A DNA stretch of 64,000 nucleotides, taken from contig NC_057751.1 in assembly GCF_004010195.1 (NCBI RefSeq), forward strand, positions 14,395,784 through 14,459,783, written 5' to 3'. The notes under the pieces were generated by a model, which saw nothing but the letters and a program-made list of their open reading frames with translations, did no database searches and was not told where the DNA came from. The stretch's first letter is position 1; the number at the start of each line of letters is the position of its first letter. Shown piece by piece: positions 24,830 through 37,019 of this stretch. The position numbers and the translations under genes were made by a program. The DNA comes from Chiloscyllium plagiosum. Its lineage: Eukaryota.

Positions 24830-26400
24830 GGCCTCAAAGGTATTCACCGACCTCCGTGATACCCCCTTGGTCCGCGCCCCCTCTCTCGTAACATTTCCCC
24901 ACCCGTGCAATCGCAGAGGCGTCACACTAGCTCATTTGCCTCCCTCCCCCTCGCTATCCAAGATGAAGCAGTATTTGAATTGTATTCCTTTCAATTCAGT
25001 TTACAGCTTTCACTGCTCACAATACAGGCTCCTTCACATTGGTGACAGGGCTATAGATCAGACCAGGCCCCCTCAAAATCTTTTAAGAAGGTATCTCGAC
25101 CCTAACGTTTTCTTATTTTAAAAGTACATGTCAAATGCTGTATTCCAAATGCAATTCGACTGGTCAAACTACTTGATGTTAAGCACGTAATTTATTTAAA
25201 CACTCCAGCTAAAACACAACAAAAGAAAGAAGAACTTAAAATAATTTAGCTCTATTGGAAAACTTAATAGACTAATAAATACAGTAACTCTTTCAAATGA
25301 ACTGTTCCAACACAGCAACATGACGTAAACACATCCCTTGGCAAAAAAGGCATACTCAGAAAAATAGATTTGTCCCTTGGATAACCTAGCAGCAAAGAGA
25401 AACTCCAGCTTCTAGCTGTAGCTGGGAAAGGCAAAAGATGGCTTCTAGTTCTTCAAACCTGCAGCAGCTTCTCCCGTGTTGAGACTTTAAGCAACTGCTT
25501 CAGGCTAAAAAAAAAAGCAAGGAATTCTATCTGAGAGAACTGGCCACACCCGTCCAGGCTGCTTCTATTGTTCCAACTTTTAAAAAAACATCCCGTGTTG
25601 AGACTTTAAGCAACTGCTTCAGGCTAAAAAAAAAGCAAGGAATTCTATCTGAGAGAACTGGCCACACCCGTCCAGGCTGCTTCTATTGTTCCAACTTTTA
25701 AAAAAACAACCCAAGGCCCCACAAACTGTTTACGTTACCACAGACAGCCCTACCAATTGTTCAATCTGTCTCTTAAAAGAAACCAGGACAAAATACAACT
25801 CTGAAAGCCGTCGCACTGTCACAATACCAAGCAGAGTCCAGGTGACCACTTTGCGAAACACAGCTGGTCTGTCCGTGGGAATGACCCTAACCTCTCAGCG
25901 GCTTGCCATTTCACAAACCACCCTGTTGTCATTGCTAACCTTCTGCCCTCGGTGCGCTGCAAGGTTTGAACAAAGTATTCTGTAAGCTTGAGGAACAAAA
26001 TCTCATTTTCTGCTGAGGTACCTTACAGCGCAGATGTCTCCATACTGAATTACATAATGTTGGAAAATGACTGCATTATGTCTGTTCTCCATTCTTACAT
26101 TCTCCCCTACTCCCACAACCTCAATCTTGTTGTTTACTTTACCCTGAACAAGAGAGGACCCATTCTCTCCCTTTCACACCTTAACTTACACACTTTTTAC
26201 ATTTCTTCTCCTGTTTTTCCACCATCAACCATTGCCTTTTGCACTGGACCCCTGTCTCTGCCAAAAGTATGACAAAGTACAATTTCCCAACACCTTCCCG
26301 CTCTGAAGAATAATCGTATTAGTCAAAAATGTTCACTCCGTTTCTCTCTCCACAGGTGCTGCCAGACCTGCTGAGCTTCTCCAGCAATTTTCTATGTTTC
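24830..26400 (+). mobile_element. Old Neptune-type Penelope-like element remnant (Zn-finger linker + GIY-YIG), split by a solo LTR
   Basis: PCNRR..., NSVYSFHCSQYRLLHIG before 25045; resumes after 25822 as ...GDHFAKH; 3' end CTCTGAAGAA...GCTGCCAGACCTGCTGAG...CCAGCA. Confidence 0.7.
25045..25822 (-). mobile_element. Solo-LTR-like repeat with an internal ~118-bp tandem duplication (about 25473-25710)
   Basis: GTGACAG...CTGTCACA inverted termini; homologous to 9985-11530. Confidence 0.65.
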
Positions 26401-26809
26401 TCCCAGGGTTCCCTGCTCCTGTTAGGAAGGCCATTAGGTCATCACGTTTCCATGGGCACCAGCGTCAATAGTTTGCACATGAATGTACAAAGCAGGAGCA
26501 GGAATAGGCCATTCATCCCCTCAGGCCTGCTGTGCCATTCAGTAAGGTCCAATTGTGTTCTCAATTCCACAGTCACATCTCGGCCTGAAGCCTTGGATTT
26601 GCCTGCCTGACAAAAATCGATCGTCTTCTACCCGAGAAAGCTTCAATGGCCCTATGTTCAGCACCACTGGAGGCATGGAGTTCCAAACAATTTCTCCTCA
26701 TCCCTGCCTTCTTGTTCTGGACTCACCCGAATGAAGATACACCCTTTTTCACTTCCATGTTGTTGAGATCATTCAGCATCATTTATTCTTCAATCTAATC
26801 ACCCCTCGT

Positions 26810-27250
26810 GCATAGAGTTATAGAGTTGTTCAGCACAGGAAAAGACCCTTCAGCCTAACTTGTCCATGCTGATATCTTATATTAATCTAGTCCCATTGGC
26901 CAGCATTTGGCCCATATCCCTCTAAATCCTTCCTGTTCATAATACCCATCCAGATGCCTTTTAAATGTCGTAATTGTACCAGCCTCCAACACTCCCTCTG
27001 GCAGCTCATTCCATACACACACCAACCTCTGCCTGAAAAAGTTGTCCCTTCGGTCCCATTTATATCTTTCCCCTCTCATGTTAAACCCTCTAGCTTCGAT
27101 ACTCCCGTACTCTGTGGAAAATTACCTTGGCTCGTCACCCTATCCACGCCCCTAATGATTATATAAACCTCTATCAGGTCACCCCTCATCCTCTGATGAG
27201 GGAAAACAGCCCCAGTCAATTCAGCCTCTCCCAGCAGCTCAAACTCCTCT
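26810..27250 (-). mobile_element. CR1-type LINE 3' fragment
   Basis: RGDLIEVYIIIRGVDRV; FFRQRLVCVWNELPE. Confidence 0.88.
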
Positions 27251-27842
27251 AAGCACCACTGGAAACAAGGCCAGCCTGTCTGACCACTCCTTGCGATACA
27301 ACACACAGTTTCAATCCAGTAAACTTTCTCCAATACTGAAACTGCATGGAGATATAGTCTCACCAATGCCCCATGTTCCCACTCCTCCTTACTGCAGCTC
27401 CAATGCATGCGCGACCTGAGGTCCACTTCACTTCACTCCTGAACTGAGCTTGGGCGGGGTACATTTCCTTAACCAACGTGACCAATTGTAAGTTTTGCCA
27501 AACAAAAAAGGGCATTCTTCACGTATGTGTTCAGGCAAGAAAGCTTGGCAACCTTGGACAGTGTTTGAGCTGAACGCCATCTTGTCTTCCCTGAGAGTTG
27601 TCCATACATGTCCCTTCTTAGCCCTGACAATCAGAAATGGGAATATTGTCAGAATTCCCAGCATGGGAACCCATCTGAATTGAAATTCTGGCAGTGGATA
27701 CGACTGTGATGATACTATGGCTTTCAGGGGTCTACTTTGTCCTTTTTTAAAAGTGAATAGGCATTTTAAGACAAAGCTGTCTATGAAAGCCTCGAAAGCT
27801 TATGCGATCTTGGGTTTTGTTTTAAAAGTTGGAACAAATGGG

Positions 27843-28140
27843 GGGCACGGTAGCTTCGTAGTTAGCACTGCTGCCTCCCAGCACCAGGGACCTGGGTTTG
27901 ATTCCAGCCTCGGGTGACTGTCTGTGTGGAGTTTGCACATTCTCCCCGTGTCTGCGTGGGTTTGCTCCGGTTTCCTCCCACACTCCAAAGACATGCAGGT
28001 CAGGTGAATTGGCCATGCTAAATTGCCCATCGTGTCAGGGGTGAATAAAGGGTAGGGGAATGGATCTGGGTGGGATACTCTGCAGAGGGTGTTGTTAGGC
28101 TGAAGGGGCTGTTTCCACGCTTTAGGGATTCTAATCTAAT
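27843..28140 (+). mobile_element. HE1-type SINE
   Basis: Same head, V-domain and AATCT tail as the other copies. Confidence 0.9.
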
Positions 28141-28149
28141 AGAAGCAGT

Positions 28150-28630
28150 CTGAATGGGCAGGGTTAGCTCCCACAGAACGAGGATTTTTACTTTGTTAGT
28201 TTTTCACTCACAGTTGTTGCTCTCAGCAAGGTCTGGACACAGCAGTCCATCTCTTCCTGCTACACTCCCTCTAAGAGTCTCCCCTTGATGTTTTCCCTTT
28301 TGCTGCTGGAATCGCATGTGAGACAATCTGTTTTCTGAATTTGCCTTTGCCAAGGGTGTGTGTATGGGTTGTTATCATATTGGAACAGTCACTGTTTAGC
28401 AGGAGCCAATAATCTATTATAAGATTTCCAATCACGTTAAGTTATCCCAATTTATTGTTTCTTTTGTTGTCTTATAACTGTAGTACATGAATAAAGTGTA
28501 TTTTGCTTCAAATCTGGCAGTTTGACCAGTCAAATTGCATCTGGAACGCAACACTTCCTTTCAAATAAGTAAGCGTTAAAGGCCTAGGCCGCCATCTTAA
28601 TATATTTTGAGAGGGTTTGGTCTGGTCCAG
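28150..28630 (+). mobile_element. Solo-LTR-like fragment, opposite orientation to 25045-25822
   Basis: TGCCTTTGCCAAGGG...AATAAA...ATATTTTGAGAGGGTTTGGTCTGGTC. Confidence 0.6.
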
Positions 28631-28781
28631 AACCGGGCACAGCCGTTGTATTTATCCCACAGCGTCCTATAATTATCGGGAGAACTATAGGAGTACTGGC
28701 CCAACAGGCAAATACTGCATTGAAATCTCGTAAGCCATGCTGAGATATGAGTTAACGGTGACTTGATGATGTTCCTTCCAG

Positions 28782-28891
28782 AGAAAGAATGGAGGAAAAG
28801 ATTCCCTTCGAAGGAGGATGAAGAGGATGATGAGGAGGAGGATGATGAGATGAAACAACTGCGTGAGATCCAGAGGAAGGAGCTGAACAAG
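28782..28891 (+). CDS. DMTN: Dematin coding exon 8 ((E)KEWRKRFPSKEDEEDDEEEDDEMKQLREIQRKELNK), acidic stretch
   Basis: Matches human ETEWRKR...EEEEEEEDDD...EMKALRERQREELSK; CTTCCAG acceptor, AAG|GTGCGA donor. Confidence 0.95.
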
Positions 28892-29085
28892 GTGCGAGAT
28901 GTGCCTGGCCCTGTAATGAATTGTTAGTTTCAGGGGACAGGCCACAGGCCACATCTGGATATGTTAGTGGAGGCTGTGTCTGTTTTCTCTGGGCTGGACA
29001 TTACATAAAAAAAGACCTCAAGGACTTTTTCAAAGAAGTGTGAAGGAATTGTTCTCAGTGTCCAGATCAATATTTATCAATTATA

Positions 29086-29410
29086 GGGCAGCACGGTGGC
29101 AGAGAGGTTAGCACTGCTGCCTCACAGCGCCAGAGACCCGGGTTCAATTCCCGCCTCAGGCAACTGACTGTGTGGAGTTTGCACATTCTCCCCGCGTCTG
29201 CGTGGGTTTCCTCTGAGTGCTCCGTTTTCTTCCCACAGTCCAAAAATGTGCTGGTTAGGGTGAACTGGCCAGGCTAAATTGCCTGGAGTGTTAGGTGAAG
29301 GGGTAAATGTAGGGGAATGGGTCTGGGTGGGTTGCTCTTCGGAGGGTCGGTGTGGGTCTGTTGGGCCGAAGGGCCTGTTTCCACACTGTAAGCAATCTAA
29401 TCTAATCTAA
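29086..29410 (+). mobile_element. HE1-type SINE, full length
   Basis: GGGCAGCACGGTGGC...(AATCT)3. Confidence 0.93.
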
Positions 29411-29499
29411 TTATTCTGTCCCACAAAAGATAGATTATCGCGTCAAAATCACACTGCTGACTCTGGGAATGCAGGGGTTTGATAGATCAGGAGGGTTTG

Positions 29500-29865
29500 T
29501 GCCCCAGGGAGAGGCTGAATACCCTGGGGCTGTTTTTAATGGAGCATTGGAGTCTGAGAGATTCATAAAGTCATGATGGGCATGGATAGGGTGAACGGCC
29601 AAGGTCTTTTCCTCGAGGTGAGGGCTTAATGTGAGAGGAGAAAGATTTAGAAGGAACCTAAAAGGCAACTTTTTTCATGCAGAGAGTGTGTTGGAGGCCA
29701 GTATAATTCCAGCATTAAACAGGCATCTGGACGGGCATATGAATAGGAAGGGTTTAAGGGGATTGTGGGCCAAATGCTGGCCAGTGGGATTAGATTAATT
29801 ACGGATGTCTGGTCGGCATGGACGAGTTGGACTGAAGGGTCTGTTTCCATGCTGTACAACTCTCT
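29500..29865 (+). mobile_element. CR1-type LINE 3' fragment
   Basis: GAATAGGAAGGGTTT...GGACTGAAGGGTCTGTTTCCATGCTGTACAACTCT. Confidence 0.8.
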
Positions 29866-30240
29866 ATATGTTTCCGTTCATTTAATATCATGGCCATTCA
29901 CTGAAACTTTGTGGTCCAAGATTTTCTTTAACAATAAAACACGTTTATTACATGCAAGGGAAAAAACAAACAAACCAAGCTATCTAAATATAGAATACAA
30001 TTTAAAAGCTCTGAGAACGCACAGCAAAAACAGAGTCTCAGACTTTCCCCTATTACAGTGGGGGAAATCAGTCAAATCCAGACAAACCACCCTTTCATAA
30101 AAAATCTTTTAAGTGTCATTCAACTTTTCTGCCCTGGGAACTGTAAAATCTTTCCACATGGACACTTATGACACAGAAAGCTTAGATTTTCTAAGTTCTT
30201 TACAAAGCAGCTGATTTCTAACCAAACAAGTCCCAGCCTA

Positions 30241-30655
30241 AATGTAGGGGTATGGGTGGGTTGCGCTTCGGCGGGTCGGTGTGGACCTGTTGGGCCGAAG
30301 GGCCTGTTTCCACACTGTAATGTAATCTAATCTAATTTGGGCGGCACGGTGGCACAGTGGTTAGCACTGCTGCCTCACAGCGCCAGAGACCCGGGTTCAA
30401 TTCCCACCTCTGGCGACTGACTGTGTGGAGTTTGCACGTTCTCCCCGTGTCTGCGTGGGTTTCCTCCGGGTGCTCCGGTTTCCTCCCACAATCCAAAAAA
30501 AATGTGCAGGCCAGGTGAATTGGCCATGCTAAATTGCCCGTAGTGTTAGGTAAGGGGTAAATGTAGGGGTATGGGTGGGTTTCGCTTCGGCGGGTCAGTG
30601 TGGACTTGTTGGGCCGAAGGGCCTGTTTCCACACTGTAATGTAATCTAATCTAAT
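30241..30655 (+). mobile_element. Tandem HE1 SINE: 3' 95 bp of one copy followed directly by a full copy
   Basis: 30241-30335 duplicates 30560-30655; full head starts at 30338. Confidence 0.92.
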
Positions 30656-31148
30656 CAAACAGTCCTGTTCTGAATGTTTCACAAACCAAAGTTTTGCACC
30701 AGGGGCTTTCCCTGAACTGTACTACAATTCTTTCGAGGAGAGAAACTATATTTGCTTTTGACCACAGTCAGGTGAGAGATTTTACTCTCTGAGTTTTCTG
30801 AGCTAAAGTCGGCCTTGGATATTCTAAGCAAGCTAATGCCTTTCAATGTTTACTCCCTCTGTCCTAAGCCCCACAATGTCAACAATCTTCCATTAACACT
30901 CCAGGGGTTTGCAGTTACTTGTTGTCAGAAACGAACTGGATTCGGTCACTATTGTGGATAGTTTTAAACACTTCACAGAAGTAATCAATACCCATATGCC
31001 ACTAGCTTGAAATTCAAACTCTGAAAATGATGATCTTGCGCGCCTTTATACACAATACCTAAGCACACAGTTATTTATGGACACACGCGTAGATATATTT
31101 ATGGAATACCTTTTCAGCGGAGTCGTAATTTTGTTTCTCGTGTTCTAG

Positions 31149-31254
31149 ATCCAGTCCGGACTGGGCAAATTGATCTTGAAGGAGGAGTTGGAGAAATCCA
31201 AGCCGCGAGGGAGGAAATCACGTTCACTTCCAGACCGAACCACAAGGAGTTTCT
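31149..31254 (+). CDS. DMTN: Dematin coding exon 9 (IQSGLGKLILKEELEKSKPRGRKSRSLPDRTTRSF + T)
   Basis: Matches human VTSNLGKMILKEEMEKSLPIRRKTRSLPDRT; TTCTAG acceptor, GTAAGC donor. Confidence 0.96.
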
Positions 31255-31600
31255 GTAAGCATTATGAACAGAAGTCTATGTAGTTTAAGAGGTGCCGTAT
31301 AACATCATTTGAAACCCTTTCTGAACGCGGCAGCAGTGCAGAAGCCTCTGACTTTCCATCAATCACAACATTTCTGACAGGATAACACTGGGGCAGGGAA
31401 TAGACAGGGGATATGTTGGGATTCTGCCAGTATCTGGAAGGAGGTGAAAGATGAGGTACCACTCCATCAGCGCAAACTATTGATTCTATTTCAGTTGAGC
31501 AAAGGTTCAGTGAAGAACGTACTTGCTACTCATCGTTAAAAGGTATGGTGCTGGAAAAGCACAGCAGGTCAAGCAGCACCCGAGAAGCAGAAAAGTCAAC

Positions 31601-32966
31601 TTTTTTTAAAATTTCAAAATATACTTTATTCTTAGAAATAAATCTTTGGTACCTGTACAATTGGTCATGTCGTTCATATATATATATATATATATACACA
31701 TTGCATGCCTTAACATTACAGAGAACAGATTGAATTAATCGAATTTACAGTTTTCGTATTTACAGTTCCGTTTATTAACCATCCAGTCTTTTAGTATTTA
31801 GCTGTGGCTTCAGCGGAACCCACCTACTGAGTGGGCCCTCTGTTATACGATAGCAAAGGAACCTTCTTTAACCCCCAGTTTATGGGGTTACCATTGTCCA
31901 TTTGTCTGTCCTGTCTCTGGGGTAGCTGTCTGCATTCCCATGGTGAGCACGAACTGCTGGACCCTCGCTGGGCTGAGGTAGCTATCCAGGCTCTCACTGG
32001 GGTCATTTACCTGCTCTGGAGTCATTGAGCCAAGGCAAGGGTCCGCACCGTCCAGTTCTGTGTCTGACAATGGGACTGTCAGAGGATCGCAGCTCTCAGT
32101 TGTCTGTNNNNNNNNNNNNNNNNNNNNNNNNNNNNNNNNNNNNNNNNNNNNNNNNNNNNNNNNNNNNNNNNNNNNNNNNNNNNNNNNNNNNNNNNNNNNN
32201 NNNNNNNNNNNNNNNNNNNNNNNNNNNNNNNNNNNNNNNNNNNNNNNNNNNNNNNNNNNNNNNNNNNNNNNNNNNNNNNNNNNNNNNNNNNNNNNNNNNN
32301 NNNNNNNNNNNNNNNNNNNNNNNNNNNNNNNNNNNNNNNNNNNNNNNNNNNNNNNNNNNNNNNNNNNNNNNNNNNNNNNNNNNNNNNNNNNNNNNNNNNN
32401 NNNNNNNNNNNNNNNNNNNNNNNNNNNNNNNNNNNNNNNNNNNNNNNNNNNNNNNNNNNNNNNNNNNNNNNNNNNNNNNNNNNNNNNNNNNNNNNNNNNN
32501 NNNNNNNNNNNNNNNNNNNNNNNNNNNNNNNNNNNNNNNNNNNNNNNNNNNNNNNNNNNNNNNNNNNNNNNNNNNNNNNNNNNNNNNNNNNNNNNNNNNN
32601 NNNNNNNNNNNNNNNNNNNNNNNNNNNNNNNNNNNNNNNNNNNNNNNNNNNNNNNNNNNNNNNNNNNNNNNNNNNNNNNNNNNNNNNNNNNNNNNNNNNN
32701 NNNNNNNNNNNNNNNNNNNNNNNNNNNNNNNNNNNNNNNNNNNNNNNNNNNNNNNNNNNNNNCTGGGGACAGGTAGAACCTCAGTACGTAGTGACACTTG
32801 GTGTTTGCGTACCGGGGATCCACGCACAGCTTGATGCAGCCACACACAAAGGTGGCCATCAGGGTGAGGGTGGCATTGGGTGTATTTTTTCCCCCGTTGC
32901 CCAGATCTTTGTACAGTGAGTCCATTCGGACCCGGTCCATCTTTGACCTCCATATAAACTGGAAGA
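31601..32966 (-). mobile_element. 5'-truncated Tx1/L1-clade LINE spanning a gap
   Basis: Minus strand ends GAATAAAGTATATTTTGAAATTTTAAAAAAA; ORF2 C-terminal-like FIWRSKMDRVRMDSLYKDLGNGGKNTPN...YVLRFYLSP. Confidence 0.75.
32108..32762. other. Assembly gap (N run)
   Basis: Ns. Confidence 1.
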
Positions 32967-33280
32967 TTCAGGCATAAGCCCTTCATCGGGAATGTCTTAG
33001 CTCCTCAGATGCTGCCTGACCTGCAGTGCTTTTCCAGCACCACACTTTTCGACTGTGACTCTCCCAGCATCTGCAGGCAGATTCCCTCCCCAAAGCCCAT
33101 TTTGAAGAGAACATCTCTCATATACGTGATATCACACCTGTCATTTACCTGCAACACTTCAGGCATAAGCCCTTCATCAGGAATGTCCTAGCTCCTCAGA
33201 TGCTGCCTGACCTGCAGTGCTTTTCCAGCACCACACTTTTCGACTGTGACTCTCCCAGCATCTGCAGTCCTCACTCTCTC
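32967..33280. mobile_element. Right part of a family-A fold-back element (left part 31545-31600), present as two ~110-bp copies
   Basis: TTCAGGCATAAGCCCTTCATC(G/A)GGAATG...CCAGCATCTGCAG at about 32967 and 33158. Confidence 0.78.
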
Positions 33281-33599
33281 ATATTTCCTGCTCGTGGCCT
33301 GTTGCTCAAAAGGAAGGCTTATCTGGAATTCATCAGGACAAAGACCAAAACGCCAGATTTCAAACAGCCACTATCATTTGTATTATAGCAGAAACGAATG
33401 CTGATAAGTTGGCAAGTTGACCCTGATTGGCTGAGCTGTTGCCATGGAGAAAACAATAAGAACGCTCTGCTGGCCAACCTCCTGAGGAATTCAGGGAAGG
33501 TTTGAACCTGTTGCCTTTGGTTTGCAGAGACTGGGCCCCTGTGTGTGAATGGATAATTAACAATTCGAAGTGAACACGATCCTGATGATCTTAAATTGA

Positions 33600-33965
33600 A
33601 AGAAATGAAAGGATTGGACACTCTGGCAGTAGGAAACATATTTCCACTGATGGGTGAGTACCGAACCAGAGGACACAGCTTAAAAATACGGGGTAGACCA
33701 TTTAGGACAGAGCTCAGGAGAAACTTCTTCACCCAGAGAGTGGTGGCTGTGTGGAATGCTCTGCCCCAGAGGGCAGTGGAGGCCCACTCTCTGGATTCAT
33801 TTAAGAAAGAGTTGGATAGAGCTCACAAAGATAGTGGAATCAAGGGTTATGGAGATAAGGCAGGAACAAGATATTGATTAGGATTGATCAGCCATGATCA
33901 TATTAAAGCAGTGCAGGCTCGAAGGGCTGAATGGCCTACTCCTGCACCTATTGTCTATTGTCTAA
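33600..33965 (+). mobile_element. CR1-type LINE 3' end (different subfamily, GTCTATT tail)
   Basis: TRGHSLKIRGRPFRTELRRNFFTQRVVAVWNALP. Confidence 0.9.
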
Positions 33966-34957
33966 ATTGGTTATTTGTAAAGCTAGAAGCACACCCAAGA
34001 CTGCTCAGCAAGTGCTGCTCCATCCTGGAACTGCATTAAACATTTGGGTTTTGCAAAGAGTGAGCTGGTTGAGTATGGTCTGCACCACCGCCTGTTACAA
34101 ATAACTGAAGGACCGTGCTGTTGGTTTGATCAGAAAATCACAGGTTGATATGATCTACATGCCCAGCGTCAGACTGCGCTGAAATACATACACAGCCTAC
34201 TCAACTATGGAGCAGGCAGAATGTCCACTTTGGACTGATGGCAACATTCTGTTCAGAAAAAATCGCACACCCGATGGAACGCAGAAGCATGAAATGGCAA
34301 CTGGGCTTCATACATATATATGTATAAAATTAGGTTCTTTGAAAATCTAGCTGAGAAGGAGCATAAGTTGTTTGAAATCTGACCATGTCTGCTCTTGTCA
34401 CGGAACATTACCTCTCAGAACTTCCTGCAGATTAACCAGGAAAGAAACATTATGCTTGGAATCCTTTTGAACTTGCCCCTGGTCATGATGTCGTTCCACA
34501 GCAGGGGGTGCAAGTCTACGACACGACAGAGATGAATGTCAACTCCTCCACCCCTTAGCTAGTGGGTATTTTAAACAAACTTTCTCGGGGAGGGTGCAAT
34601 CGTAAATACCGGAGAGGGGTAAACCGAAGCACATTTTCGGGATAAGGAACAGATAGGGTGTACAGAAATAAACTGATTGAAGAGTGTTAGCCTGAGAATC
34701 GAAGCTTTGGAACAATTTGAGCCAGATCTTGCAAAGTTTAATTTTGGAAACGTGAAGGCTGAGAGGCATTTGGAATTCCTTTCTCTTCCTTCATATTTTG
34801 CGGGATGTGTATGTGCAAGGCAAGCTCTGGGTGCCCACTTCAGATTGATAGATTGAACTTAAATCCTGCCAATGACTGGTGGCATTTGAACCCAAACACC
34901 AAGAGTCCAGTGACATCACAACAATGGCACAGTTTCCCCAAACGATAACTGATGTTA

Positions 34958-35630
34958 GGTTAGAGTCATAGAGATGTACAGCACGGAAACAGACCCTTCG
35001 GTCCAACCTGTCCATGCCGACCAGATATCCCAACCCAATCTAGTCCCACCTGCCAGCACCTGGCCCATATCCCCCCAAACCCTTCCTATTCATATTTCCA
35101 TCCAGATGCCTCTTAAATGTTGCAATTGTACCAGCGTCCACCACATCCTCTGGCAGCTCATTCCAACCAAGTACCACCCTCTGTGTGAAAAAGTTGCCCC
35201 TTCGGTGTCTTTTATATCTTTTCCCTCTCACCCTAAACCTATGCCCTCTAGTTCTGGACTCCCGACCCGAGGGAAAAGACTTTGTCTATTTCTCCTATCC
35301 ATGCCCCTCATAATTTTGTAAACCTCTATAAGGTCACCCCTCAGCCTCCGACACTCCAGGGAAAACAGCCCCAGCCTGTTCAGCCTCTCCCTGTAGCTCA
35401 GATCCTCCAACCCTGGCAACATCCTTGTACTATCTACCTGCGACTGCACTTTCAAGGAGCTATGAACCTGCACTCCAAGGTCTCTTTGTTCAGCAACACT
35501 CCCCAGGACCTTACCATTAAGTGTATAAGTCCTGCTAAGATTTGCTTTCCCAAAACGCAGCACCTCGCATTTATCTGAATTAAACTCCATCTGCCACTTC
35601 TCAGCCCATTGGCACATCTGGTCCAGATCT
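34958..35630 (-). mobile_element. Young CR1-type LINE 3' fragment with an internal deletion
   Basis: WAEKWQMEFNSDKCEVL...LRGDLIEVYKIMRGMDR. Confidence 0.92.
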
Positions 35631-35755
35631 TGTTGAGAGTGATAGTATTTTGTTGTCTCGAGAAACAGGACAAACTGGTTGTATGGAGTTCGGTCACAGA
35701 TTAGCCAATATCTCACTGAACGGTCTAATAATCGCATGACTCTTATTTCCTACAG

Positions 35756-35820
35756 CTCCTCAACAGTCAACATGTAAATCACCCTCGCTCCCCATCCATG
35801 GGAGGAACAGTCTGGACAGG
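35756..35820 (+). CDS. DMTN: Dematin coding exon 10 ((S)PQQSTCKSPSLPIHGRNSLDR)
   Basis: TTTCCTACAG acceptor, AGG|GTAAGC donor; matches human SLHQGTSKSSSLPAYGRTTLSR; phase 1 to 0. Confidence 0.92.
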
Positions 35821-37019
35821 GTAAGCATCAATTTCCTGTCCTGTAATTCGGAATATTTCATCATGTCACTTTATAACACAAATAGGGGAGTCGTCGCACT
35901 AACAGCTCCCACGTGGAGCTGAACTGTGTTCGAGGGCAAGAAGACATGATTGATTTCAGAGAGGACACTGGAAAGGTATAATATCAGGTAGGCCCAGGCT
36001 ACATCTGAAACATGCTATGTGTGGTGCACCGACACAGAGTTACAGAGAAAGGGAAGGAGGTGACTGAAATAACTGCACAGAGGCTGGTATCCCATCACCC
36101 TTTATTAACACGTGGAGTGTCCTTCATACTGATCCAGCTCTCTCACGGCCAACTCTCAGAATGAGCGGAACCTCTGACACTCCTGTTTATATGTGTCAGC
36201 CGGGACTCCCTGATTAACAGCCCCAATCAGGGAACTCATTCTCGATGTTACAACCACAACCTTGGCAGGAAAGAGAAAATCTTTACGTCAGAGCAGAATG
36301 TCAAGCCGTTGGCAGGAATTATGAAACAGTAACATCAGACAGTCAAATATTTCATTGACTTCTGAAGAAAATGTGAAAGTGCTCAGGAAGGAGGGAACAC
36401 ACATGTTGAGTAATACAAGATGTGCCTTCCCACATCCACGTGGGGACGGGTCCATTTTGAGGTCAGGGCCAGTTTTGAGGCTCCGAGCCTGGGATTTTCA
36501 CTTTCAGGTTGGCTTTAAAATGGGGACTGTGGTCCTGTCAGCGATGCCAGTGTCGTGGCAAAGTGATGGTTATTGTCGGCGAGGTCACACATGCCATGCC
36601 AGTCAATAGCTTTGCCAAGTTTTCTGAAGTCCAGTTCATACAAGAATAAACAGCACGTCAAACTACAGAGGGAGAGCCACATGGACACGTGGAAGCAGGA
36701 GGCAGTGGCAGCCCCTGCGTTAGGACCTATCTGGTGACTGGTCACGGATACTGAGAGTCTATATCAACAATGATTGAATGATGTTGCAGACTCAATGGGC
36801 TTATGGAGAGTCTGACAGGTAAGGGGACCATGAGCTACACGGCTGGATGAACCTCAAGGCTCTTGGCCTCAACCAAGGTCCTTGCTGTCTGCTTGGACAA
36901 AAGTCTGTGAGATGGATGAGCAAACTGACCCATTCCACTCAGGCGGCAGGATTAAGGACATCTCCTAATGCTGCCAAAGAACTTGGGGAGGATCCAGTTG
37001 TCAAGGTCCATGTTGGAAC

